Shown in pieces: positions 42,815-52,625 of a stretch of DNA of 64,000 nucleotides. Within the stretch, counting starts at the first letter, position 1. Every line of letters begins with the position of its first letter. Under the pieces are notes generated by a model. That model was not told where the DNA came from. It saw nothing but the letters and a program-made list of their open reading frames with translations, and searched no databases. Location of the stretch: positions 160,001 through 224,000 of the IMG/VR virus record IMGVR_UViG_3300045988_142085. One strand, given 5' to 3'. A program made the translations under genes and the position numbers. The stretch is from a virus.

Positions 42815-45800
42815 TTATAAGAATGATAACGCTTTATCTATTTTGTAACCAATAACAGAAGTTACATTAGTTACTATATCTATTATACCATCTTGTTGCG
42901 TAGGATTCACCTGTATTTGTTTTTCAGTTAAACCGATACCACTTAATACAGTATTGATTTTAGCTCGGACAGTAATAGGATCATCGCCATTTCTAATATT
43001 TTCTATATTAGGGGCGTTGATAACTTCTGGATCTTCATAGGTCGAAGAATAAATACCGAAGTCTGCATATTGCATTCCTTCATTGTATATTACTTTCGCC
43101 TTAATATCTTCAAGGTTAGAAGATGCCTCCCAACCTTGCCATAATGGCCCAGGAAGATTGTGCGTCGTAAAGTACGATTCATTAGATTCTGTTTCAGTTT
43201 CTTCTTGATACCATACAAGTTTTAATGCTTTAGCTAATGATGGAGATACGTTACGTAAGATAGCTCGTCGTTGTTTTTCGTTAGTTACTTTAGCAAACTC
43301 GACAAAATATTCTTTTTCGGTACTAGGTAATGCACGAATAATATCGGAATATTCACTATCTTTATTTAACGCATATACAGTAGATTCAGCTACTTGATGA
43401 TACATAATAGCCTGTTCTGTCCATTCGCCAGCAGCAAGTGTCGTCATATCTTCGCTAAGACGACCGAATTTTTTATTAATCCATTGAGCTAATGGATCGT
43501 TAGACGGAGTACCAGAAGTTAATACGGATGCCATCATATCGGTAATCGATACATCGCCATCCATCTCGGCACGAAGAGCTGCTTGATGTTGATATAACTT
43601 ATCGACATCAACGCCTTCTTCAGATTTAGCTTTTTCTTTAGCAGCTTCATATAGACCCATATATTTTATATAACGGAGTCTATCGAAGTATTCTTCTGTA
43701 TCCCAACGCTTTTCTACGTTATCAGGAGTATATACATGGTCGAGACCTAACGCCTCTGTAATCGGATTATTCTTAGCTAATGCGATCGCTAAACCAGTAC
43801 CAGCAAAAGCTGCAGCTTGTAGCATACGACTAGCACGAGTTCGCTTAGCAAAATCGACTAATTTTTCAATACCTTTATTATCGACATTGCCAAAGATACC
43901 TTCGGCAAATCTACCGATAATAGATTCGTCAGAAACAAATTTATCGAATAGATTTAAATGGCTTCCAATATCATAACCCATACGTCCCCATGCATATGTC
44001 GCATACATAGGATCGTCTGTCGATGTCGCCATTGCAAATGCATTACCGGCAAATCTAAACGCACGAGAAAGTTTTTCTTTACGTTCTACGGCATTAGCAC
44101 CAACAAAAGTAAAACGACCTGTGATTTCACCGGCTAATGCTGGACCGTCTAAATATGTCGAGGCAAATTTAGCAACAGCTAATCTAGATTTAGAAGCATT
44201 ATCTAAAGCTCGACTATTTAGTCCTTTATAATAACGATATGCACTATCGGCAACCAAATCTTTTACGAACGATGTTTTACTTTGTTCGAATGTCGGAACA
44301 AGCATCGTATCGATGATATCTTCCCATGAAGCAAAGCCGCTACCGTATAATTGATCACTACGATATTCTTCTAGTGGGTCATTAATTCTCATGAATTGAC
44401 TATGCAAAATCGGAATTTGTGCATGCGTAACTAATTCGGCAGCACTACCAAAAATACGTCCAAATGTATTGTAGTTAGCATATGCACCGGCAGCAGAACT
44501 GTCGTCCATATCGTATTCAGCTAACCCGACTTCTCGCAATGTATCCGAGATATTCTCGCCGTTTAAAAATAACGCTGCACGAATCGGAGCTTGTGGTGCA
44601 TCTGGATTATCGGTACGTTCTTCATCGTCGATACGCATTGTCACTCGTTGTCCAGGTTGGATAACTTGCAATAATTGTTGTTTCGACATGAAGCCGTTTT
44701 CTTTAAATTTTACACCGGCAATTTGATATAAACGATCGTCGCCAGCAATTTTAAATTTGCCGTTAGATAATACTTCTTCGATATGCCCTTCTTGAGACAC
44801 AGTCGTTTTTCCTAAGAATTTATAATTAAAGAAATCATGTTTTTTACCCTGATGTTTAACCATCTCTTCAGTATCTTGCAATACTTTTTTGGCTTCGTCA
44901 GAGTTCATCATCTTAACGATTTGTTTCCAATATTTATACTCTGGACTATTCGGAGCAATGTCGGCTAATATTTTATAACGGTCAATAGCACCATAGCCAT
45001 CAGATGCAAATTGATCTGGATGTAAAGCATTGATAGCTTCATATCCTTTACCAGGAAGACGAGCTTCTGCATTAGGTAGAGATGTATTATGCGTAGCAAA
45101 ACCAACAACACAAAAAGAATTATTTTGATTTACTTGATAGCCATATACTTCTTTAATAGTATTTATTTCTTTAATGTCTTCAATTCTTAAATAAAGATAT
45201 CCATTATTTATATAATGATGAGAAGATTCTCTTGCTCTGTTATTTATTGGTAATAATGATTTACCGAATAATAATTCAGACAGTATAGAAGCTTTTTTGC
45301 CCCTAATATTCAAACTATAAGATATTCCAGCTGTTACAAGATATTTAGTAATTCTTATTTTTTTAGAAGTTTTATTGTGAATATTTATTGATCCAACAAT
45401 ATTAAATCTTAATAATAATTTTCTTACTTGATACAACAATTTTTTATTGCAAGATGTAATACTAATCTTTTCTGTTTCCTTGCCATATCCAGATTTCATT
45501 ACAAAGTTAGATCCATCGCCACATATATAGCCTTCTAATAATCCTAGAACGCATTCTTCTTTTGCATCCCAGAAGAATTCTGGAATCTTCTTATCATGAG
45601 CACCTTTATTAAATAATACATCTAATAAAGATGCAATTATAGATGATCCAAAACGAGAATAAGCACCATTTGTAACGCCTGATCTTTTAAAAGAAAAGTT
45701 AATATATGAATCTATTTGCTTAAATCCTAAGAATGCATTATATGCATAATCTCGCTCATTAATATTATGAGCCATTCCAATGGAGCATCCATTGTTCCAG

Positions 45801-48800
45801 CCTTCTGCAAGGTATAAACCAAATGCATAACATATTTGTTTTGTTAATACAATTTTTCTAGGAATTCTTCTTATTTTTCTATTATGCTTTATGTAAGCTT
45901 GAACACTTTCGTAAACTCTATCATTCCAGTTCATTTTTTCTAAGAGTTTTTTTCTTTCTCCTCGATTAAATTTTGGAACGCCATATTTTTCAAAATATTC
46001 ATATATTTCAACAAATTGTCTATTTTTTGTATTAATTTTATATAAATATTTTTCTGTTGAAATATATTCTGGTAATAATAATCCTAAATCTAATATTATT
46101 TCTTGATTTTTAGATTTTGGAATAGGATAAGCGACATAGTTACCAATTTTAATGTCTTTTACTTTTTTCCAAGATAATCTATTTTTCAATAAATTAATAT
46201 CATATAATTTATATTTTTTTAAATGAATATTATGTTTATCTAATTTATAATCATAAATTAAATTATCTTGGAACATTTTTTTCCATAATTGACAAACATC
46301 ATTTATAGAAATATTAACAAGATCAGCTAAATCTTTTTTAGATGTTATTCCATTCTTTAATGCATTTAATACAGTATTTGCTCTTTTGTAATATGATAAA
46401 GAATTTCCAGATAATTCTTTTGTTACATTATTAGAAGATTCAGTAACTAATAATGGATGATTTTCAGAAAATTCATAATCAAATGCAAATAAACTATTAA
46501 CTTTTAACGAATAAACTTTTTCTTTTAATTCTATTTTACGACAGACAATTTTATTTACGACTGTATTTTGACCAGTATGATCAATAATTATTGATTGATT
46601 TTCTACTACTTCATCAGCAGCTAAATAGTCAAGATTGCCTATTTCTACCATTGTATTTTTTGAAATACAGTATGCATCGCCCATATAGAATTTTTCTGGA
46701 AGCCAAGCATGTTGATCTGCCATTGTATTCATCAACGGATTAACACGTCGTCTTCTCGAAAATTCCGGTAAGAAACGACGGCTAATTTCGGCTGTTTCAC
46801 CGCCGAGACCACCTATACCAGCATCCCAGAATTGACGAGTGAATGAATCGATATCGCCAGCATTAGCAATGAATTTAGATTCGTCACGGCCGAATGCTTG
46901 AGATCCGATATAACCATAAATACCGGTTAATAATCTTGAAGTAGTTTGTAATTCATCTAAATAATCACGACCACCATTTGAATTCATTAAATTATTATAT
47001 AGGTCGGCATTATTTAAAATTTCTTCCAACGATCCTTTAGGTCTACCACGTTTAACACGTTGTTGTATATACATACCATTAGGATTAGTATAAGGAGAAC
47101 TACCAGAATAAATAGCATTATTCATAGCAGAAATAGTACTTCCTGTGCCATTAGTAACAGGCTGTAAACTTGCTACTTCAGGATTTACTGTTCCGTCAGG
47201 ATTAATATACTTAACGTAATCGGCTGCCGATGCGTACATCGGTGCTTGTGGTGCATATTGTTGATCGCCACTTTGCACATATTCATTATCAGTCGGATGA
47301 TCGAATGCCGTAAAATCATATACGCCAAGACGTCCATTTTGGAATATTAGATAACGAGTATCTTGAGACTGCTCTTGTATTTGCTGGTTCATATGGTACA
47401 TGACTGCTTTAACGTCACGACCGAACCACATTCTATCCTCATGGTATTTTTTCTTAGGCTTAATTATTTCACCTAATGTCGGATTAAGAATTAAACCTTG
47501 AAGAGTATTAGATTCAAACAAAGGACCTGATTCTAAATAAGGTCTATCTTCTGAATGCATCTCTTCTAACCAATAAGGATTAAGAGCATATATTAATGGA
47601 GATAAAGGGTTAGATAATGTCGGTATTGGACTATGCATCCATTTATTAAAGTAACCGCCATAAATACCTTCAGTCTTATAATCAGACTTAGCTAACTTTA
47701 AACTATTATCTTCCCAATATGAAATACTAGAACCACGGAATTCATTCGTAGAACCCCATACCCAATAACGACCAGCACGAATTGGATCCTTACCGTTTTG
47801 ATAATAATCTAATCGTTCCTCATAAGATTGATAAGGGCGATAATCGCCACTGATATACTGGGCCATTGGGTTAGCCATTTTAGCTAACTTAAATACATCG
47901 GTTAACCCTGTAGCATCAGTAAATTTTCTAAAGCCTAAATCGATATTCGCTAAACCAGTTTGGAAATTTTCATTTAAATTAAATGTGTCGTCTGCCCAGT
48001 CAAATTGTGTATATAAAAAACTAGCAGGCAATACACGTTTAAATAAAAGTTTGTCGATTATTTCTAAGCTGCTTCTTGAGGCATTTTCATGTAGTCCAAG
48101 ACCATGACCAAATGTAAGAACTCGAGCAACTGCTCTTGTTGCAACGTTATTTACGACACCGGTAAAAGCACCTGGATCAAGCATATTAAGGCCGCCACTT
48201 AATCGGCTAACCATCTTATATAAAGTCGACCCTGCTACAGATAAATCATTTGCTGTGCTATTATTAGAAAAATCTAAATGGCCACCAGTAACTTTACCTA
48301 ACCATGTTGTTTGACTTAATTTAGAATTCGCAAACAATCCTTTAGCCGAATCAGAAATTCCTTGCATTAATCCATTAAGATCGCCACTATTCCAAGAAGT
48401 AATTATCTTCTTAACATCGAGCGATTTTCTTGCTAAAACTGGAGCAGCAGCATTTCCCTTTTTACCGAAATCATAATGGATATCTTTGCCATTACCTAAA
48501 TAATGCCCGAGTATTCTATCGGCTTCAGGACTATCGTCTAATGTATCTTGTATTTTCTTAAATACGGCAGAACCAATATCTTGCTTATCTCGATTAAAGT
48601 TATGTCGATCTTTAATAACGTTAATACCAGATTCTTTTTTATACTTTTCTAAAGTATACATATCTTTTAGTTTTTGTTTTTCACCTGGAGATATGTTTAA
48701 AGAATCTATTTTAGCATAAGCTTCTGCTTGTGTTTTGCCTAAAGAATCGACAGCATTTTTAACGACGGCTTCATTAACTGTTTCTTCGACAGATTTAATT

Positions 48801-50554
48801 TTATATAAAGCTTCACTACCGATACCGATACCGTCATCGCGTAAACGAGCATTAATTTTTTTGCCGTCGCTAGCAGCTTTAACGACACTTAATAAATCTA
48901 AGTTATCGACCTGATCAACGTCGATATCCCGCAAGATTCTTCTTTTAGCACTTTCACTTTTTGCATGATATACATCACGTATTTTAGAAAGTGTATCTTT
49001 TTTAATGCCTTCTTTTGATGCGGCTAAATCGAGAACGATTTTCTCAGTATTTTTTTCTAAGTCGATATCGATACTTTGTACGGCACGAGCATGAGAATAG
49101 GCACGTCTGCCTAATGCTGCTAATTCTGATTCGCTTAGCTGGTCTATATTAGTATTTCTTAATGCGTATAAATTATTGCCGTCTACATCAGTTAGTCTTT
49201 TAGCGCCTTCACTTCTGCCAAGCTGAGCCCAATTAGTTTTCTCTTGTTGAACACCATATTGACTCATTATACGACCATGATGAACTATATCGTCATTAGT
49301 AGAATGCCAATTGTATCCGCTAATATCCATTTGTTCCATCTTACCGGTCGTAAGATCTTGGCGATATAATTTGTCTCGATTACGAACTAATAATGTTCCT
49401 TCCTTTTGGAAGTTAGCCATACCGAGTTTAAACTGAGCGTTAGAATAAACATCGACGCCTAACTGATTTCGAGGCGATAAATCATCGAGACCAAATAACT
49501 TACCAGCTAATGTATCGCCGACAATTCCTTTTGCTTCAGATTTTATTTTATCTAAATTAGGAGTATTTAATACTTCGCCATCGACATACTTAGTGCTATC
49601 ATTATATTTAGCATTTTCAAATAAATCTGCTAAGAAAGCTGTTCTACTATCACTGCGTATTTTATCGAGAGCATTATCGACATCGATGATATCTCGTTTA
49701 CCGTTACGAGATACGATCGGAACATCGAGAGCACCATTATCGATTGCTGCATCAGCTTGCTTTTGTTTTACAAAATCGGCTAATGCAAAATCATGAATTT
49801 CTCCAGTCTTTTTAGCTTGATGCTTTTCTAGTAGTTCTCCAATATCTCTGATTTGATTCTCGATAAAATTCTCGGTAATCTTTTCGCCGCGGCCACCAAC
49901 ACTTTGCCAATCTTCAAAACTTTGTTTTCTTGTTAAGTTTCGAATAGTTCGTAATGCTACATTTGTATCATCAAATTCTGCATACTCTGACTCGCCATCC
50001 ATAACGACGTCTCTTAATGTATTTTTAAGACGTTCAGAGAACCCGACAGTGCCGTCATATCGTTGAGATGGAACGATATTATTAATAGCGTCGACCATGT
50101 TGTCGATCGTTGCTTGATTGACGCCGGCATCTTTAAAATCGGTTGCTATCGAATCGATTACTTGAGCATGATATAATCCTTGTAAATTCTTTTCTGCATC
50201 TGCTTGTAAATTTAATGTACGATTAAGAGTGTCACGAAGAATATCGGTTTGTTTGTCGGCCGTTACTGCAGATGAAGGTTTAGGAAAATTTCCTCTTAAT
50301 GCTTGATTAGCATATCCTTCTAACTCAGATAATGTAATAGCATTAGCGCCATCATCCGTTATTTTTGAGAGTCTACGCTCTACTTGTCCTATAATAGGAT
50401 CGAGTTTAGATAAAACTCTCGCCCCTCTTTTTGTTCTAGAAAAAGCAAAAGCGGCCCCGACGAGTCCGCCGGTAGCCGCTACTGTATCAACAAAAGAGTC
50501 GGCAGGACTATCAGAAGGAGCTTCTATTCCTTTAAATAAATAATCGTCAGCCAT
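42815..50554 (-). CDS. giant protein (2579 aa) interrupted by a 528-aa intein; extein function unknown
   Basis: ATG at 50552..50554. Long uninterrupted ORF; intein at residues 1296-1823 (see the separate feature). Preceded by two small chaperone-like genes. Confidence 0.55.
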   Translation of the reverse strand: MADDYLFKGIEAPSDSPADSFVDTVAATGGLVGAAFAFSRTKRGARVLSKLDPIIGQVERRLSKITDDGANAITLSELEGYANQALRGNFPKPSSAVTADKQTDILRDTLNRTLNLQADAEKNLQGLYHAQVIDSIATDFKDAGVNQATIDNMVDAINNIVPSQRYDGTVGFSERLKNTLRDVVMDGESEYAEFDDTNVALRTIRNLTRKQSFEDWQSVGGRGEKITENFIENQIRDIGELLEKHQAKKTGEIHDFALADFVKQKQADAAIDNGALDVPIVSRNGKRDIIDVDNALDKIRSDSRTAFLADLFENAKYNDSTKYVDGEVLNTPNLDKIKSEAKGIVGDTLAGKLFGLDDLSPRNQLGVDVYSNAQFKLGMANFQKEGTLLVRNRDKLYRQDLTTGKMEQMDISGYNWHSTNDDIVHHGRIMSQYGVQQEKTNWAQLGRSEGAKRLTDVDGNNLYALRNTNIDQLSESELAALGRRAYSHARAVQSIDIDLEKNTEKIVLDLAASKEGIKKDTLSKIRDVYHAKSESAKRRILRDIDVDQVDNLDLLSVVKAASDGKKINARLRDDGIGIGSEALYKIKSVEETVNEAVVKNAVDSLGKTQAEAYAKIDSLNISPGEKQKLKDMYTLEKYKKESGINVIKDRHNFNRDKQDIGSAVFKKIQDTLDDSPEADRILGHYLGNGKDIHYDFGKKGNAAAPVLARKSLDVKKIITSWNSGDLNGLMQGISDSAKGLFANSKLSQTTWLGKVTGGHLDFSNNSTANDLSVAGSTLYKMVSRLSGGLNMLDPGAFTGVVNNVATRAVARVLTFGHGLGLHENASRSSLEIIDKLLFKRVLPASFLYTQFDWADDTFNLNENFQTGLANIDLGFRKFTDATGLTDVFKLAKMANPMAQYISGDYRPYQSYEERLDYYQNGKDPIRAGRYWVWGSTNEFRGSSISYWEDNSLKLAKSDYKTEGIYGGYFNKWMHSPIPTLSNPLSPLIYALNPYWLEEMHSEDRPYLESGPLFESNTLQGLILNPTLGEIIKPKKKYHEDRMWFGRDVKAVMYHMNQQIQEQSQDTRYLIFQNGRLGVYDFTAFDHPTDNEYVQSGDQQYAPQAPMYASAADYVKYINPDGTVNPEVASLQPVTNGTGSTISAMNNAIYSGSSPYTNPNGMYIQQRVKRGRPKGSLEEILNNADLYNNLMNSNGGRDYLDELQTTSRLLTGIYGYIGSQAFGRDESKFIANAGDIDSFTRQFWDAGIGGLGGETAEISRRFLPEFSRRRRVNPLMNTMADQHAWLPEKFYMGDAYCISKNTMVEIGNLDYLAADEVVENQSIIIDHTGQNTVVNKIVCRKIELKEKVYSLKVNSLFAFDYEFSENHPLLVTESSNNVTKELSGNSLSYYKRANTVLNALKNGITSKKDLADLVNISINDVCQLWKKMFQDNLIYDYKLDKHNIHLKKYKLYDINLLKNRLSWKKVKDIKIGNYVAYPIPKSKNQEIILDLGLLLPEYISTEKYLYKINTKNRQFVEIYEYFEKYGVPKFNRGERKKLLEKMNWNDRVYESVQAYIKHNRKIRRIPRKIVLTKQICYAFGLYLAEGWNNGCSIGMAHNINERDYAYNAFLGFKQIDSYINFSFKRSGVTNGAYSRFGSSIIASLLDVLFNKGAHDKKIPEFFWDAKEECVLGLLEGYICGDGSNFVMKSGYGKETEKISITSCNKKLLYQVRKLLLRFNIVGSINIHNKTSKKIRITKYLVTAGISYSLNIRGKKASILSELLFGKSLLPINNRARESSHHYINNGYLYLRIEDIKEINTIKEVYGYQVNQNNSFCVVGFATHNTSLPNAEARLPGKGYEAINALHPDQFASDGYGAIDRYKILADIAPNSPEYKYWKQIVKMMNSDEAKKVLQDTEEMVKHQGKKHDFFNYKFLGKTTVSQEGHIEEVLSNGKFKIAGDDRLYQIAGVKFKENGFMSKQQLLQVIQPGQRVTMRIDDEERTDNPDAPQAPIRAALFLNGENISDTLREVGLAEYDMDDSSAAGAYANYNTFGRIFGSAAELVTHAQIPILHSQFMRINDPLEEYRSDQLYGSGFASWEDIIDTMLVPTFEQSKTSFVKDLVADSAYRYYKGLNSRALDNASKSRLAVAKFASTYLDGPALAGEITGRFTFVGANAVERKEKLSRAFRFAGNAFAMATSTDDPMYATYAWGRMGYDIGSHLNLFDKFVSDESIIGRFAEGIFGNVDNKGIEKLVDFAKRTRASRMLQAAAFAGTGLAIALAKNNPITEALGLDHVYTPDNVEKRWDTEEYFDRLRYIKYMGLYEAAKEKAKSEEGVDVDKLYQHQAALRAEMDGDVSITDMMASVLTSGTPSNDPLAQWINKKFGRLSEDMTTLAAGEWTEQAIMYHQVAESTVYALNKDSEYSDIIRALPSTEKEYFVEFAKVTNEKQRRAILRNVSPSLAKALKLVWYQEETETESNESYFTTHNLPGPLWQGWEASSNLEDIKAKVIYNEGMQYADFGIYSSTYEDPEVINAPNIENIRNGDDPITVRAKINTVLSGIGLTEKQIQVNPTQQDGIIDIVTNVTSVIGYKIDKALSFL
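45086..46669 (-). mobile_element. intein with LAGLIDADG homing-endonuclease domain (528 aa) inside the 2579-aa protein
   Basis: N-terminal junction MGDAY|CISKNTMVEIG (Cys1 codon at 46667..46669). C-terminal junction ...NNSFCVVGFATHN|TSLPN (His-Asn codons at 45086..45091, +1 Thr). Two LAGLIDADG motifs (ICYAFGLYLAEGW and LLGLLEGYICGDGSN). In frame: 3885 nt from the ORF start to Cys1; intein is 1584 nt. Confidence 0.85.
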
Positions 50555-50576
50555 ATTTTTCCCTTGTTATATTAAT

Positions 50577-51380
50577 TTAATTATTATTTCTAAGTTCAGC
50601 TAACTCTGCAAGTGTCATATCATGAGGATTTTTACCGCTTAATGCTACTTCACGAATAGAGTTTTCATCGCCTTGATTTACAAATGCTTCTGGGAACATA
50701 GCTTTTAGTTCGTCTTCAGACATTTGTTGTTTACGTCTTTTTGGACGTTTAACTGTTGGTTTTGGTTTTTTAATTTCTTCCGGAGGCTTTTCTCGTTGTT
50801 CTCTTAACTTATCGAAGTATTGTTTTTCTTCGTTAAACAAACGAGGATCGTCTTGTTTAAACGATACGTTACTGCCAGCATCGAGAAGTTTTTCCATATC
50901 GAGACCGCCACGACCATGGATGTTTTTTAAGATCCATTCGCTTCTTGCTAAGAAATCCATTGTTCTAACCATATCCCAATTATCGATATCTTCGATATCG
51001 TATTCAGGGAATGCTTCATGGATTACACAAGAGATTTGTTTATCGACATTTTGCATATTATCGACAGCATTTAAATAAAGAATTTCTCGGCCTCGTTTGC
51101 TCATGAAACTAGCATCGAGAATCTTCTGTGCTAAATCGGCAATAAGACCAGCTGGCTGTGCTCCGATATCGAAATTTTCAGGATATAAGATACAGTTATA
51201 ACAAACAATATCTTCACGCTCCACATCCATAAGTTGTTCATTTTCGAATAGCTCATAGTATTGTGAACGAGTTAACGGTCGATAAATTACGATACCGTCC
51301 GGGAATCCTGTATAAGTAAAAACAGTTTTATATTTTTCTTTTAGTTGTGTAAATATTTCATCGAAACGTAATTCTTCCAT
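50577..51380 (-). CDS. hypothetical protein (267 aa), possible tail assembly chaperone
   Basis: Position upstream of the giant genes; acidic N-terminal half and strongly basic tail (KKPKPTVKRPKRRKQQ). The functional call is positional only. Confidence 0.35.
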   Translation of the reverse strand: MEELRFDEIFTQLKEKYKTVFTYTGFPDGIVIYRPLTRSQYYELFENEQLMDVEREDIVCYNCILYPENFDIGAQPAGLIADLAQKILDASFMSKRGREILYLNAVDNMQNVDKQISCVIHEAFPEYDIEDIDNWDMVRTMDFLARSEWILKNIHGRGGLDMEKLLDAGSNVSFKQDDPRLFNEEKQYFDKLREQREKPPEEIKKPKPTVKRPKRRKQQMSEDELKAMFPEAFVNQGDENSIREVALSGKNPHDMTLAELAELRNNN

Positions 51381-51391
51381 ATCAACACACC

Positions 51392-51949
51392 TTATAATGG
51401 ATTAGAAACAGTATTCTTTTCGTAACCAGAGTTTACTAAAATTTCATTTACGACAGTATCGATAAAACCACCGAATGTTTCTTTACAGTATTCAATTCGT
51501 TCTGGACGTGGGAACAAAACGAAATAACGAAGAATATTGTCGCTACGTAAATCTTCTAATTTTTGTATGCGTTCTTCATAATCTGTAATAGCATCAAATT
51601 CAGCTTGTTGTTCGAAAGACAAATTAGTCATAAGATGTTGTTCGGCACGAGTAATGATTTTATATACGATAAACTGATCGTTTAACATTCGAAAAAATCG
51701 AACATTTTTATTTTCTTTTCGAATGCGAGCAGCTTCACTGTTCATTAAATATTCTGTCTTAGAAGGATCGAAATCGTCGTCATGTTCTGTATTAGATACT
51801 TCGACTACATCGACACCACCAGTCATTTCACGATCGATATTATCGACAGGATTTGTAGTATCTTTTACGGATTGAGTTTCTTTAATATCGATACCTTTTT
51901 TATGTTGTTGATTATTAAACTTTTGTTTCTTCTTGTTATTAGTTGTCAT
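51392..51949 (-). CDS. hypothetical protein (185 aa), possible tail assembly chaperone
   Basis: Small acidic ORF between the tube-fold paralog and the 267-aa gene. Confidence 0.35.
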   Translation of the reverse strand: MTTNNKKKQKFNNQQHKKGIDIKETQSVKDTTNPVDNIDREMTGGVDVVEVSNTEHDDDFDPSKTEYLMNSEAARIRKENKNVRFFRMLNDQFIVYKIITRAEQHLMTNLSFEQQAEFDAITDYEERIQKLEDLRSDNILRYFVLFPRPERIEYCKETFGGFIDTVVNEILVNSGYEKNTVSNPL

Positions 51950-51963
51950 AAATCAGTTTGTCC

Positions 51964-52602
51964 TTAGCTATTAATTACCTTACGATCTCGAGCTAAAAAT
52001 TGATATTGCTCTAACACTGGACGACCAGAAGAATCGAGTACTGTTTGTACATTCATTATATGACAGTCTAATAAAATAACGTGTAACGGTTGACCCATTA
52101 CATCGTCATCTTGTCCATATACAATATCGATTTCAAACCCTTGTCTCCATATAGCATCATGCTCAGGATTAGATTGTACGGTTTGAGATAATCGATGTGG
52201 TTGAACAATTTCTTTATATTCGACTTCGGTTGTCTTATCCTCGGCAACTAAAGTTGCTTTCTGATATTTCTTAATCATGTTATCGATGTAAAGTGGTTCG
52301 GTAAAATTAATAGTAAACGTTCCTTGTACTAACCGATTACCGATAGCTAACTCGTCATAGATATAAGAATTATAACCGAATAATGGCATATCGTGTTGAG
52401 ATAATCCATAATTAATATTCTGGATATCGGTAACTAATTTATCACCGAACCATACATTTGCATCGATCTGAGAATAATATCTTTTATATGTCGGAGTATT
52501 TTTAGTATACCCAGACGAAGATCGAGTGATTTCTTGTTCAACGTTTTTATTTGTATAGGACAATAGACTGCTTAAATGATTATCGAAGCGCTTTCGTCTC
52601 AT
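51964..52602 (-). CDS. tail-tube-fold paralog (212 aa)
   Basis: The segment NVWFGDKLVTDIQNINYGLSQHDMPLFGYNSYIYDELAIGNRLVQGTFTINF aligns with the tube motif VFGSVQTFSYSIHQEKSPIRTLGDVNAITYVSGPRTIAGSIVF of the 414-aa protein and with the split tube gene (FG...Q..Y.[IL].Q..P[IL]...G...R..G[ST][IF][VT][FI]). Confidence 0.5.
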   Translation of the reverse strand: MRRKRFDNHLSSLLSYTNKNVEQEITRSSSGYTKNTPTYKRYYSQIDANVWFGDKLVTDIQNINYGLSQHDMPLFGYNSYIYDELAIGNRLVQGTFTINFTEPLYIDNMIKKYQKATLVAEDKTTEVEYKEIVQPHRLSQTVQSNPEHDAIWRQGFEIDIVYGQDDDVMGQPLHVILLDCHIMNVQTVLDSSGRPVLEQYQFLARDRKVINS

Positions 52603-52625
52603 AATATATTATACTCCATATTTAT

